Numbered from the stretch's first letter, positions 19,353 to 29,944 are shown. The stretch is 64,000 nt of DNA from Candidatus Poribacteria bacterium (GCA_965215015.1 OZ244042.1:4544001-4608000); one strand, 5' to 3'. Program-made: numbers and translations. The notes: generated by a model not told the origin, from the sequence alone.

Positions 19353-20480
19353 ATGAAAATTCGAGATGTTCAAGCCTTTCCACTCGCATATCCAGAGCCT
19401 CACTACAAAGGCATTGAACGATATATCACCCTTGCCCGCGTGGAAACCGAAGATGGCGTGATCGGCTGGGGGGAATGTATTTCACAGTTCCGAGAGGCGG
19501 CGTTGGCTACCAAGGTTATTATCGAACAGGGACTTGCGCCGTTGCTTGTCGGTGAGGATGCGATAGATGTTGACCGACTCTGGCACAAAATGCAGTCTCG
19601 TATCTGGTGGTATGGGCCTGAAGGGATTGCTGCCTTTGGTGTGAGTGCCTTGGACATGGCACTTTGGGATATAAAAGGAAAAGCACTGGGCTTGCCCGTT
19701 TGCCGATTGCTCGGAGGGCAGCTGTACGACAAGGTCGTCGCTATGGCGTCCTTTATCTTTGACATGGAAGATTTTGACTGGACGCTCAACGAATTTCGTT
19801 TTCTCCGCGAGGAGGGCTATCAGGTTGTCAAAGCGGGTTGGGGTATGCGGCCCGAAGCACTCTTCGGTCAAAACCGGCAGCGCGATATCGAAATTGTCCG
19901 ACGGGTGCGGGAGGTTATCGGCGATGACTTGGAACTAATTGTTGACACACCCGGGCATCACGGACTCTGGGATGTCCCCACGGCGATTCAGCGTTTTCGA
20001 GACTTGGAGCCGTATCGACTCCGATGGATCGAGCAACCCCTCCCGCCTCACGACCTTGAAGGACATGCACGGCTCCGGGCCGCGGTCGCTACCCCCATCG
20101 GTACGGGTGAGGATGAGTGGAATGTCGACAGTTACCGGCGGCTCATTCAATCGGGAGGTATTGATGTAGTGCAGATAGATCCCGGTCGTTGCCACGGCAT
20201 CACAGGATCGCTCCATGTTATTAAACTGATTGAGGCAGAAAGTCTGGAGTTCAGTTTTCACACCTGGAGCAGTGCCCTCAATACCGCTGCCAGTCTACAC
20301 CTGCTCGCCGGGTCAACACATGGTGTAGCGATGGATTTCAAGCCGCACGAGTCGCCGATGCAACACGAACTGGTCAGCGATCCGTGGGTTCAAGAGGATG
20401 GTTATCTCGCCGTGCGGGAAACCCCCGGCTTGGGGGTTCAGGTGCGGGAAGATATTGTACAGAAATATTTATTTCGCTAA
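19353..20480 (+). CDS. mandelate racemase/muconate lactonizing enzyme family protein
   Basis: GWGE, ALDMALWDIKGK, WIEQP, TGED, PGLGV. Confidence 0.92.
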   Translation: MKIRDVQAFPLAYPEPHYKGIERYITLARVETEDGVIGWGECISQFREAALATKVIIEQGLAPLLVGEDAIDVDRLWHKMQSRIWWYGPEGIAAFGVSALDMALWDIKGKALGLPVCRLLGGQLYDKVVAMASFIFDMEDFDWTLNEFRFLREEGYQVVKAGWGMRPEALFGQNRQRDIEIVRRVREVIGDDLELIVDTPGHHGLWDVPTAIQRFRDLEPYRLRWIEQPLPPHDLEGHARLRAAVATPIGTGEDEWNVDSYRRLIQSGGIDVVQIDPGRCHGITGSLHVIKLIEAESLEFSFHTWSSALNTAASLHLLAGSTHGVAMDFKPHESPMQHELVSDPWVQEDGYLAVRETPGLGVQVREDIVQKYLFR

Positions 20481-20492
20481 GAGCATTTGCAG

Positions 20493-21452
20493 ATGGGTTC
20501 ATATGTCGTTGGGATTGACATCGGTGGGACAAAACTGGCCACTGTTGTCGCTAATAAAAATGGAAACATCCTTCAAAAGGTGCGGAAGCCGACCGAATCA
20601 GAGAAAGGGCCTCATCATGCTGTCCAGCTGCTTTTAGAGATGGTTGATGAGGTGATCGATTTGGCAGGATTGCGGCGCGAAGACATCTCAGGGATTGGTG
20701 TGAGCTGCGGCGGCCCGCTCGACACGAAAACCGGCATTATCTATTCTCCACCAAATCTGCCGGGGTGGGATGCGCTGCCGTTGAAAGGGATGATCGAGTC
20801 GGAGTTTCATATTCCAACGGTCATTGAGAATGATGCAAATGCAAGCGCACTCGCAGAAGCGAGATTTGGGGGCGGACGGGGCTACGATTATGTTCTGTAC
20901 ATGACAATGAGTACAGGCATCGGCGGCGGTATCGTTACCAATGGGGAGATTTATCACGGTGCAAATGACAGTGCCGGCGAGGTCGGGCATCAGATCTTGC
21001 TTCCCGACGGTCCCCTGTGTGGTTGTGGTCAATATGGGTGCCTAGAAGCCTTGTGCTCAGGGCCTTCGATTGCCCGTCGCGCACAAGAGGCAATTGCAGA
21101 TCAACCGCACACGAGAATCTTGGCACTCGTGGACGGACAGATTGATCGTGTCAGATCGGAGCATGTGCTCCACGCTGCACGGGCTGGTGATGCCTTGGCA
21201 ATGGCTTTAGTGGAGGAAACTGCGTACTACATGGGTTGGGGGATCGCGAATCTTGTCAATATCTTGAACCCCCAAATCGTTCTGCTTGGAACAATTGCGG
21301 TCGCTGCCGGCGATTTGCTACTCGACCCGATCCGACGCACCGTGACGGAAATGGCGATGCAGCGTCCCTTAGAAGCGGTTAAAATTATGCCGGCAGAATT
21401 AGGGGATTCCATCGGTGACCTTGCCGCAATTTCGTTGGTGATTGGGAATTAG
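20493..21452 (+). CDS. ROK family sugar kinase
   Basis: GIDIGGTK, ENDANA, STGIGGG, GEVGH, CGCGQYGCLEA. Confidence 0.93.
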   Translation: MGSYVVGIDIGGTKLATVVANKNGNILQKVRKPTESEKGPHHAVQLLLEMVDEVIDLAGLRREDISGIGVSCGGPLDTKTGIIYSPPNLPGWDALPLKGMIESEFHIPTVIENDANASALAEARFGGGRGYDYVLYMTMSTGIGGGIVTNGEIYHGANDSAGEVGHQILLPDGPLCGCGQYGCLEALCSGPSIARRAQEAIADQPHTRILALVDGQIDRVRSEHVLHAARAGDALAMALVEETAYYMGWGIANLVNILNPQIVLLGTIAVAAGDLLLDPIRRTVTEMAMQRPLEAVKIMPAELGDSIGDLAAISLVIGN

Positions 21453-21514
21453 GACCGTAAAAACGAGGGTTCAACTGCGTAAGTCCAACTACAATTAAAA
21501 TTTGGAGATAATTC

Positions 21515-22075
21515 ATGGAACGTATCCAAGAATATATTTCAAATCTACAGGGCGTCTTAGAACGCCTCTCTTTAGCCGATGTTCGTCAATCCATTAATCT
21601 CGTGATGGAAACATATCAGGCGGATCGGCAAATTTTCGTCATCGGCAACGGCGGCAGTGCGTCTACCGCGTCGCACATTGCCAACGACTTGGGTAAAGGC
21701 GCGAGCGTTCCCGGGGCACGCCGCTTCCGAGCGATTAGCTTGACCGATAATGTTGCGACAATGACAGCGTGGGCCAATGATGTCTCTTATGACGATGTGT
21801 TTGTCGAACAACTCAAAAACTTGATCAACCCCGGTGATCTCGTGATTGGGATCAGCGCAAGTGGCAACTCGGAGAATATTATTCGAGCGATTCGTCATGC
21901 CAACGCTATCGGATGTAAAACCATCGGTTGGGCAGGGTTCGGCGGTGGAAAGCTCCGAGAGATCGCGGATGTCAGTGTAGTTGTAGACAGCCACGACTAC
22001 GGACCGGTTGAAGATGTGCACCTCATCCTCAACCACATCCTTCATGCGTGGATTCGGAAAGAGCTCGCGGATTGA
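21515..22075 (+). CDS. SIS-domain phosphosugar isomerase (GmhA-like)
   Basis: GNGGSAS, ISASGNS, VEDVH. Confidence 0.88.
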   Translation: MERIQEYISNLQGVLERLSLADVRQSINLVMETYQADRQIFVIGNGGSASTASHIANDLGKGASVPGARRFRAISLTDNVATMTAWANDVSYDDVFVEQLKNLINPGDLVIGISASGNSENIIRAIRHANAIGCKTIGWAGFGGGKLREIADVSVVVDSHDYGPVEDVHLILNHILHAWIRKELAD

Positions 22076-22134
22076 GAATTGAGGCATAATCTGTTTCTGA
22101 TCAAGGTAACGTAAAAGTGCAAAGGAGGAAGACC

Positions 22135-23034
22135 ATGGAATATCGCAGGCTTGGGCGTACAGAATTGGAGGTGTCAGAGCTCGGTTTCGGCGCATGGCAC
22201 ATCGGCTGGACAGCCCCGGAGGCAGGGGATGAAGTCGGACGTCTCCTCAACCGTGCCCTCGACGCTGGCGTCAATTTTATTGATTCTTCAGCGGCATATC
22301 GCTGGAGCGAGGAACTGATTGCCAAGTACATCGGCCATCGTCAAGACGAATTTTATTTCGCCACCAAATGTGGTTCGTGGCGCGTGCAGCAGCCTGATGG
22401 TGAATGGGTGCAAACGCTAGATTACTCCGCCAAAGCCATTGAGCCACAGATTGACCGGAGTCTACAGCGACTGAAAACCGACTGCATTGACATCATGCAA
22501 CTGCATAGTCCTAGCTATGATGATGTGGCATTTGGAGATGGGCTGGAAGGACTCAAGAAGGCACAGGCAGCGGGGAAGGTGCGCTTTATCGGTCTATCGG
22601 CGGACGGAGATACCGCGCGCAAGGCAATTGAGATGGGTGAATACGATACGCTGCAGCTTACCTACAATGTGATTCAGCAGGAACCCGCGGAAGTCATTGC
22701 TGCCGCCCGCGAGAAAGACAGGGGCATCATCATTAAGGGGCCCATTGCAAGTGCTATTTACGAACAGTCGCACCCCAATGAAAATAATGCCAAGACGTGG
22801 TATAACGCCCGGAAGATTCTTGCCCCGGAGGTGATAGGTGATCTATCCCGTGTGGAGGCTTCGCTGCGATGGTTGCTGTGCAATCCAGATGTTCACACCG
22901 CCATCGTCGGCACCACCAACATCAATCACTTTGAAGACAACCTCGCCGCTACAGAACGTGGTCGGTTGCCTGACGAGATGTTATCCGAAATCAGAAGTCG
23001 ATTTGAACAGGGGACAACAGACAGTACTGAATAG
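22135..23034 (+). CDS. aldo/keto reductase
   Basis: YRRLGRT, NFIDSSAAY, ATKCG, SLQRLKTDCIDIMQLH; ATG after AGGAGG. Confidence 0.92.
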   Translation: MEYRRLGRTELEVSELGFGAWHIGWTAPEAGDEVGRLLNRALDAGVNFIDSSAAYRWSEELIAKYIGHRQDEFYFATKCGSWRVQQPDGEWVQTLDYSAKAIEPQIDRSLQRLKTDCIDIMQLHSPSYDDVAFGDGLEGLKKAQAAGKVRFIGLSADGDTARKAIEMGEYDTLQLTYNVIQQEPAEVIAAAREKDRGIIIKGPIASAIYEQSHPNENNAKTWYNARKILAPEVIGDLSRVEASLRWLLCNPDVHTAIVGTTNINHFEDNLAATERGRLPDEMLSEIRSRFEQGTTDSTE

Positions 23035-23129
23035 GGATTGTCGTGCATTCGGAACTTAAAGAAAGGAACGCAAGGACGCAAAGAAGAAAAATAAATAAAA
23101 ACCTTGCGCCTTTGCGTTGAGCTAAAAAT

Positions 23130-23993
23130 ATGCTACGATATGTTTTTGCCGTGATATTTTTTGTATTTGCAGCGTCTATTTCGGAAGGCTTGGAGGTCGG
23201 CGACAGTGCCTTACGGACCACTATTGCGTCCGGTGATAAGGAGATTAAATTCGCTGATTTTCATGGGAAATCTAATCTCATCGTTGTGCACGATGGGACA
23301 AGGCACTCAGAATTTATCTCTCAATTGGATCAGAGAGCGAGTGCATTCGAGAGCACGTATGATGCGACCATTATCCGTTTACAGGGAGAAGGTGAAATTC
23401 TCATCATCGACAAATCGGGATATGTGCGTTGGAAATTTACCGACGCCGCTGATTCGGCACAACCCATAATTAGACAGATCAAATCCGAGCTGGCAAAACT
23501 TAAACGCGATACCCCTCTGCCAATTGGTTCACCGGCACCGGACTTCCGACTGGTAGATGTGGAAACTGGCATCCCTTTCAGCCTTTCCAACTACAAAGGG
23601 AAAAAGCACCTACTGGTTACGCTATTGCTGCAAACCTACTGACCGCATTGTGCCAATTTCACGTCGCAGTTCGCGACAAATCGCCAATTATTTGATGAGA
23701 AGTATGAAACCGCTGTTGTTGCTATCAAACCCGAACCGAAGCCGGTTGTTTTTCGCTTCAAAGATCCGGTGACAATGGACCTACCACTGCTAGCAGATCC
23801 CGGCTCCTCCATTCACGAAGCGTACGGAATCGTTAAACCGTACCGTTTTCACAACCGAGATATGTATCTGCCGGCAACGCTTCTCATTGATAAACAGGGC
23901 GTTTTGAGATGGATGTATATTAGCAAGAAAAACGCTGATCGTCCCAGTTTGGATTCAATCGTTGAACAACTCGAAAAATTGAACGCTGAATGA
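23130..23993 (+). CDS. exported AhpC/TSA (thioredoxin-fold) selenoprotein, Sec at UGA 23640-23642
   Basis: ORFs 23130-23642 and 23769-23993 are in the same frame with only one TGA between them; reads ...LLQTY-U-PHC...; flanked by GSPAPDFRL and PLLADP...PATLLIDKQG; N-terminal signal peptide. Confidence 0.85.
23656..23681 (+). promoter_or_regulatory. putative bacterial SECIS hairpin
   Basis: Stem GTCGC (23663-23667) / GCGAC (23673-23677), loop AGTTC 25 nt after the UGA, extendable by ATTT/AAAT. Confidence 0.65.
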
Positions 23994-24009
23994 ACTGTAG
24001 GAGTATACC

Positions 24010-25257
24010 ATGACCTCAAAAGATTTTACCGTCAAAGACATAGAACGGATTGTGCTAAATATCTCTTTCCACCCACGTTGTGCCCACGTTAAAGAGGTAA
24101 GGGTTTCCGACTGGTCGGTCGTGGAATTGTGCAAAGTGACTACGGCTTCGGGAGTCGTTGGAATCGGGGAGACACTTCCGCACTATACTTGGGGCCGATC
24201 GGGAGATGAGCAGTTTAATCGGGCACTTGATCAAAACCTCTTTGAACTTCTCATGGACGATAGTCTAGGTGCTGGACTACAGATGGCACTATTCGATGCC
24301 GCCGGCAAATTACTGGATGTGCCGTGCCATCGCCTGATGGGAGCACAGTATCGCGAAACCTGTCCAGTGTCTTGGTGGGCACAAGATATGAAACCCGAAG
24401 AGTGGGCAGCGGAGGCAAAAACGGCGGAGGCACACGGTTTTACAAATATCAAAGTGAAAGCGCGTCCGTGGTTCGACATTGACCAACAGTTAGGGGCAGT
24501 CTGTGAAGGGGTATCACCCCACTTTAAGCTGGACGCAGACTTCAATGGGTTGCTGTTGGGAGTAGATTTGGCTGCACCGTTAATCAACCGTTTGGAACAA
24601 AAATACAGCAATTTGGCAATTGTGGAATCCCCTATTCCTCAAGAAGATGTGGCCGGAAATGCGCTGTTACGACAGAAAATCCGGACCCCGATTGCTATGC
24701 ACATGGGAAACCCGCCGGTGATGACCGCAATTCGGGAAGGTGTATGCGATGGATTTGTCATCGGTGGAGGGGTCAACCGCACCCTGAAGGATGGCATTCT
24801 AGCAGAACGGGCTCAGATGCCGTTCTGGTTGCAGATGGTGGGAACAGGCTTGACCACAATGTTCTCCGTCCACTTGGGAGCTGTGTTGGAGAGTGCACGT
24901 TGGCCCGCCATTCCGTGTATCAACATTTATTCACATACATTGCTCAAGGAATTTAAGGTGGAGGGTGGACATGTTAAAGTTCCGGAAGGGCCGGGACTGG
25001 GTGTCGAACTTGACTGGGATGCGATCGAGCAGTTCCGCGTTGAACCCGATTTCAAGAAGCCAGTTGCACGTCAAATCCACACCATTCTATGGCCCGATGG
25101 TCGACAAACGCACTATCCGGATGGTGGGTATCGAGCGGTTTTCCTAGCGGGCAAACTTCCGCCGTTTCTACCGGGTGTTTCCTTAGAACGCCGCTTGGAC
25201 GACGGTTCGGAGGCGTTTGATCGGGAATATCAGGAACTATTTCCCAAAGTGAGTTGA
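24010..25257 (+). CDS. mandelate racemase/muconate lactonizing enzyme family protein
   Basis: GIGET, MALFDAAGK, IKVKAR, DADFN, VESP, GPGLGV. Confidence 0.88.
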   Translation: MTSKDFTVKDIERIVLNISFHPRCAHVKEVRVSDWSVVELCKVTTASGVVGIGETLPHYTWGRSGDEQFNRALDQNLFELLMDDSLGAGLQMALFDAAGKLLDVPCHRLMGAQYRETCPVSWWAQDMKPEEWAAEAKTAEAHGFTNIKVKARPWFDIDQQLGAVCEGVSPHFKLDADFNGLLLGVDLAAPLINRLEQKYSNLAIVESPIPQEDVAGNALLRQKIRTPIAMHMGNPPVMTAIREGVCDGFVIGGGVNRTLKDGILAERAQMPFWLQMVGTGLTTMFSVHLGAVLESARWPAIPCINIYSHTLLKEFKVEGGHVKVPEGPGLGVELDWDAIEQFRVEPDFKKPVARQIHTILWPDGRQTHYPDGGYRAVFLAGKLPPFLPGVSLERRLDDGSEAFDREYQELFPKVS

Positions 25258-25297
25258 CGCTATCTGATTCACCGTCTTTAGCCAAAGGAGCAGCGCG

Positions 25298-26488
25298 ATG
25301 AACTCTTTAGATACGACAGTAGCTTCCTTCACGATTCCACCAACTGTTATCAGCGGCATCGGAGCGGCGGAGCAGGTCGGCGAGAGGGCGAAACGATTGG
25401 GAGGACAGAAAGCGTTGGTCGTCACCGATCCGGGCATCGCCAAACTCGGTTACGCCGCTGGGATTGTAAGTCAGCTTAACGCCGCTGGGATTGACGCATC
25501 GGTTTTCGAGGATGTGACGCCCGATCCAACGCTGCAAAACGTCAACGACGGCTGGGAACAATACCGTAGCAATGGTTGCAATCTGATTGTCAGTATCGGC
25601 GGCGGTAGCGCGATCGATTGCGGGAAGGGCATCGCCGTGAAATTAACCAACGACGCCCCACTCGCAGAGTACATGGGTGTGGACAAAATTCCCAATCCGG
25701 GTGTACCGCTCATCGCTATCCCAACGACAGCCGGAACAGGCAGCGAGTGTACGAAAGTTACAGTGCTCACCGACACCGAAAACAATGTGAAGATGATGCT
25801 CAGCAGTCCGTGTCTGCTAGCGCAGGTCGCGCTTATCGATCCGTTGTTGTCGTTGACAACACCACCACATCTAACTGCGGCGGTTGGGGTTGACGCTCTG
25901 ACCCATGCTATTGAAGCCTACATCTCCAAACGGGCTCAACCGATTACTGACGCACTATCACTGAAGGCAATCCGTCTAATCTCAGGTTCAATGCGTCAAG
26001 CGTGGGCAAATAGTGAAAACATTGAGGCGCGGACGGATATGATGATTGGGGCATCCATTGCCGGTATGGCGTTTAGCAATTCATCCGTTGCGTTGGTGCA
26101 CGGGATGTCCCGCCCAATCGGGGCATATTTTCACATCCATCACGGCTTATCAAATTCCGTTTTGCTGCTGGATGTCATGGAGTTCAGCGTTGTTGGAACC
26201 CCTGCTCGCTTCGCCGATATCGCTCGCGCAATGGGTGAACCGACTGAGGGGTTATCGTTGATGGGGCAGGCAGACTGCGCGATTGCAGCGGTGGAGCGGC
26301 TAATTAACGATATTCAGATGCCGCGCTTGGGAGAGATTGGAATCGATCTGGACCAGTTCGAGGCGGTTGTTGATCAGATGGCATCGGACGCCATTGCGAG
26401 CGGTAGTCCTGCCAACAACCCACGCCAGCCAACACACGAAGAGATTGTCGCGCTGTATCGGAAGTGCTTTGCAGAACGGAAGGCATAA
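25298..26488 (+). CDS. iron-containing alcohol dehydrogenase
   Basis: GGGSAIDCGK, IPTTAGTGSE, DALTHAIEAY, LVHGM, HHG. Confidence 0.95.
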   Translation: MNSLDTTVASFTIPPTVISGIGAAEQVGERAKRLGGQKALVVTDPGIAKLGYAAGIVSQLNAAGIDASVFEDVTPDPTLQNVNDGWEQYRSNGCNLIVSIGGGSAIDCGKGIAVKLTNDAPLAEYMGVDKIPNPGVPLIAIPTTAGTGSECTKVTVLTDTENNVKMMLSSPCLLAQVALIDPLLSLTTPPHLTAAVGVDALTHAIEAYISKRAQPITDALSLKAIRLISGSMRQAWANSENIEARTDMMIGASIAGMAFSNSSVALVHGMSRPIGAYFHIHHGLSNSVLLLDVMEFSVVGTPARFADIARAMGEPTEGLSLMGQADCAIAAVERLINDIQMPRLGEIGIDLDQFEAVVDQMASDAIASGSPANNPRQPTHEEIVALYRKCFAERKA

Positions 26489-26510
26489 TCCCCTTTGCCA
26501 AGTTACGCCC

Positions 26511-27269
26511 TCAAACCGCTAAGATAAATCGTTTTGCCTCACTGAGTCGAGCGTGTGTTTCTGGGTGGATAAATTTGCGTTGGTCTGTCAGCTGTTTTTG
26601 ATCCCGACGGCAGTAATAGGCAAGCATTCCGTGGCGCGGGGAGTCAGTTTGATTCAATCCACCTGCGTGCCAGAGATGCGAATTGAAGATAATGACAGTG
26701 CCCGACGGTGCTATCAATTGAATCTCCCCCGGGTGTTTTTGTGTTGCATCCTCCAACGCATCCTTGGGGTGTTTACCGCTACGATGTGATCCCGGCACAA
26801 CCCGCGTCGCGCCGTTCTCCACCGTGAAATCGTCTAGTAACCACATGGAGTTGCAAACGTAGTAATCCCCCGGCTCCACCCCCGAACGCCAGTCTGCGTG
26901 AAACGCTTGGTGCCCCTGTCCCGGCAGTGCCATCCGGCAATCTAGAGAAGACAGCTTGAACCGAGGGCCTATGACATGCCGTATGGCGGCAAGCACACGC
27001 GGGTGTGAAAAGCCTATCTCGAACATCGGACCTTTATTGACGAGGTTGCTTACCCTGATTGTCCCCCCTTCCTGATGGAGCTCCTTGCCGGCATCCTCTC
27101 CTTCCAATGCTGCCAATTTGTCCAACCGGCGAATTATGTTCGCAATCTGTTTTGGAGTGAGAATATTCTCAAGCGGAAGATAGCCGTTTACGTCCAAGAA
27201 GTGCTTATCTTCTGATGATAGCGTATCGTCTCGAACACCGAGGTCGCGTAGAGCTGTGTCCATGTTCAT
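26511..27269 (-). CDS. phytanoyl-CoA dioxygenase (PhyH) family Fe/2OG oxygenase
   Basis: FHADW, NGATRVVPGSH, LWHAGG; likely start ATG 27269 because the ORF-track extension overlaps the next gene. Confidence 0.88.
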   Translation of the reverse strand: MNMDTALRDLGVRDDTLSSEDKHFLDVNGYLPLENILTPKQIANIIRRLDKLAALEGEDAGKELHQEGGTIRVSNLVNKGPMFEIGFSHPRVLAAIRHVIGPRFKLSSLDCRMALPGQGHQAFHADWRSGVEPGDYYVCNSMWLLDDFTVENGATRVVPGSHRSGKHPKDALEDATQKHPGEIQLIAPSGTVIIFNSHLWHAGGLNQTDSPRHGMLAYYCRRDQKQLTDQRKFIHPETHARLSEAKRFILAV

Positions 27270-27285
27270 TGTCAATCTCTCCGGT

Positions 27286-28167
27286 TTAGATTGTCTCTGG
27301 AGGGGTTCTTTTTGCCTCCCACATTTCCCAAGATTCGACCGTTTCGGGCTGCTGCTGACTGCGTGCGATAAAGCCGGGCCACTTCTGAAGCAACCATTCC
27401 AATGAACTACCCGTTGGACTGTAGCGGAGGTCAATACTCCAACGAATATCCTCACTGGTATTCTCTAGCGAACGGTGAAAGGTCAGATTGCCAAATACGA
27501 GCACATCTCCCACCTTCATGTGCACGTTTTGTACCTCTCCCCAGCTCTCAACATCCTCTATAGGAACGAGTCGCCCATTTTCATCGCGGCGTGGCGGTCG
27601 AAGCCCCTGTTTATGGCTTCCGGGAATTACTTGCAAGCAGCCATTGTGCTCATCAACATCTACCATGGGAATCCATACCGTCAGAATTTGGCTCTCCTCT
27701 GAAAGGGTTACTTGCTGCCCCGGATCGGCGTTGCCATTGTAGTAGATGCTGTCTTGGTGCCACGGAAAGACGGACTCTCCTCCAGTCGGCATCTTGAAGC
27801 GAATCCAGTAATCTCCATTGACGGTAATCTCTGGACCAATCAGCGAGGTAACGATATCCAAGATTTTCGGATGAGTTATCAGTTCATAAACCTCGCGGCT
27901 GAAGACCTCTTTATTCCAATTCCAACCCAAGAGCGGTCCCTTCTGCGACTCACGCTGAATCCGTGTCAATCGGTGGTAAAAGGAAAGCTCCTCATACAGC
28001 CTTGAGATTTTGCCTTGATCATAGAGTTTTTTGGCGTGATGGTCGATGGCGGACGAAATGATCCGGCGAAGCGGGGCGAAATCCCCTCTATCGAGCACAC
28101 CACGAACTAACAGATACCCCTGCTCGTCGAATGCTTGGCGTTGCGTTGTAGTTGGTAAATTATTCAT
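27286..28167 (-). CDS. PhyH family Fe/2OG oxygenase
   Basis: WHQD, NGCLQVIPGSH, FHRS, RWSIDLRY. Confidence 0.9.
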   Translation of the reverse strand: MNNLPTTTQRQAFDEQGYLLVRGVLDRGDFAPLRRIISSAIDHHAKKLYDQGKISRLYEELSFYHRLTRIQRESQKGPLLGWNWNKEVFSREVYELITHPKILDIVTSLIGPEITVNGDYWIRFKMPTGGESVFPWHQDSIYYNGNADPGQQVTLSEESQILTVWIPMVDVDEHNGCLQVIPGSHKQGLRPPRRDENGRLVPIEDVESWGEVQNVHMKVGDVLVFGNLTFHRSLENTSEDIRWSIDLRYSPTGSSLEWLLQKWPGFIARSQQQPETVESWEMWEAKRTPPETI

Positions 28168-28213
28168 GAATAATTTCCTAGATAAGGTTGGGATTCAAGT
28201 AAAGAGATACCCG

Positions 28214-29059
28214 CTATCCCCAACGCTGCTCCGGCGGGTCAAATAGGAAACCGTGAAAGAGCTTACGTTGCTCCGGGGAGAGGCGGCTGTTGTAGAACCC
28301 TTTAGAATATCCCCAGTGCTCTTGGGAGGCAATCATCCAGGGGTGCTCATAGGCATAGTAGAGCATGAGCCGAAAGCCGCCCGCTTGGGTAAATGGTCCC
28401 GCCGAATGCCAGAGGGCGTTATGGAACAGAATTGCTGTTCCCGCAGGGGCGCAAATCTGCACCGCCCCGGGAAACAGGTCAGGCCGCTGCAAATCAACCT
28501 GAGGGGGCTCGTGCATCGCCTTGTGACTTGCGGGGACAACACAAAGATTGCCCTGTCCGGGGGAGGTCATATCGTTCAGGTAGTAGCCGATCTTGAGTTG
28601 GAGAAAGGGAATCGGCGCACCAAGCCCACGGTATCCCTGGTCATGCCCATCAATATGCCACCCCATCCCCCGCTCCGTGAGATCAGTTTCATGCTCAACG
28701 ATAGCATCGGAAGCGTGATGGTGAGGCATTTCATTGAGTAATCCTTTGACGTAAGGCATCATCGGGGACCAATCCAGCATCTCCAGGAACAGCGGGTCAT
28801 CGTCTAGGATGTAGAAGATGCGAGTGCTTTTCTCGCCGTTAACATCCGTCCTGCCGGTATGGGGAATTTCTTTCTCCTGTTTTTCGCGCCGTCGGGCTAT
28901 TACCCGGAACAGTGCCTCTCGGAGTTCGTCCACGTGGGATTCCGCTAAGAAGTTCTCCAGCACCAGATAGCCGTTATTGTCGAAAAAGAAGCATTCCGAT
29001 GGTGTTGGTCTCGCTTCTTCTGTAGGGCAGGATATCTGTGTTACATTCTTTTCTGACAT
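28214..29059 (-). CDS. PhyH family Fe/2OG oxygenase
   Basis: WHID, GNLCVVPASH, LWHSAG. Confidence 0.88.
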   Translation of the reverse strand: MSEKNVTQISCPTEEARPTPSECFFFDNNGYLVLENFLAESHVDELREALFRVIARRREKQEKEIPHTGRTDVNGEKSTRIFYILDDDPLFLEMLDWSPMMPYVKGLLNEMPHHHASDAIVEHETDLTERGMGWHIDGHDQGYRGLGAPIPFLQLKIGYYLNDMTSPGQGNLCVVPASHKAMHEPPQVDLQRPDLFPGAVQICAPAGTAILFHNALWHSAGPFTQAGGFRLMLYYAYEHPWMIASQEHWGYSKGFYNSRLSPEQRKLFHGFLFDPPEQRWG

Positions 29060-29122
29060 AATATAGACACCTCTACGATCACGGTTATGTGAATTGTAAA
29101 TTCGTAAAAGTGATTCACTCGC

Positions 29123-29944
29123 TCAAATCAGTAACTGAACACGCGAGCGATCTTCCGGTAAAAGCACGGCGTGAATCCGCTTTCGGATCATTTCAGGGGG
29201 ATAACGCCGCGAAAAATGGGTTAAGATAATGTGTTTGCTCTCAAACATCTCTAACAACACGGGTAAGGTATCTAGGTGTAAGTGCATAGTTTGTGCTGCC
29301 CGTTCCCGATGCTCTGGAAGCAGGAAGGTACACTCGCAGATCAACACCTGACACCGCTTGAGCAATGGGTGGGAGTCAATAGGGAGGGTACGGGTATCTC
29401 CCAGATAAGCAATAAGTGGCAATTCCACTCGGTTTGTGACTGTTACACCGTTGCGTCGTAACTGAGCAATCTCAGGTCCCGGCAAACCGAAGAACTCGGA
29501 TTTGAGTTTGTCCCGTGTCTCGCAAACGAGGTAACCGACCGATGGGACACGGTGATCGAGCGGCAGGACATGCGCCACAAGATTCTCCCGAAATGGGATG
29601 TCCTCACCCGCTTCCACCGGTGTCAAGCAGTAATCCCACACCTTTCCACAATCCAACAACGAAATCCGTTCGATAAGGTCTCGTAACTGATCTGCCCCCT
29701 CTTTGGGAACGTAGATGTTTCCCGGCGGTATGCCGTTGAGCCACCGCTGACTGACATAAATGGGAACCCCAAAATAGTGATCTAGATGGAAGTGGGAAAT
29801 GAAAACATGGCCTGTGCCGATAAAACTCATTGGACATCTGCCTAGGTCAAAGATGAGATCGAGCTCCTTCACCCGCAGATAGGTCGCCACCGCGGAGCTC
29901 GATTCACCTTCAATCGCTAGATTTCCACAACGTAACGACACCAT
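29123..29944 (-). CDS. MBL-fold metallo-hydrolase (RNase Z-like)
   Basis: FDLG, SHFHLDH, HRVPSVGY, YLGDT, CECTF, LTHFSRRY; likely start ATG 29944. Confidence 0.85.
   Translation of the reverse strand: MVSLRCGNLAIEGESSSAVATYLRVKELDLIFDLGRCPMSFIGTGHVFISHFHLDHYFGVPIYVSQRWLNGIPPGNIYVPKEGADQLRDLIERISLLDCGKVWDYCLTPVEAGEDIPFRENLVAHVLPLDHRVPSVGYLVCETRDKLKSEFFGLPGPEIAQLRRNGVTVTNRVELPLIAYLGDTRTLPIDSHPLLKRCQVLICECTFLLPEHRERAAQTMHLHLDTLPVLLEMFESKHIILTHFSRRYPPEMIRKRIHAVLLPEDRSRVQLLI

Noticed and set aside
23130-23993. Two separate genes or a nonsense pseudogene
   Set aside because: The TGA falls at the redox Cys position with a downstream hairpin and an uninterrupted frame; Sec recoding explains it better.
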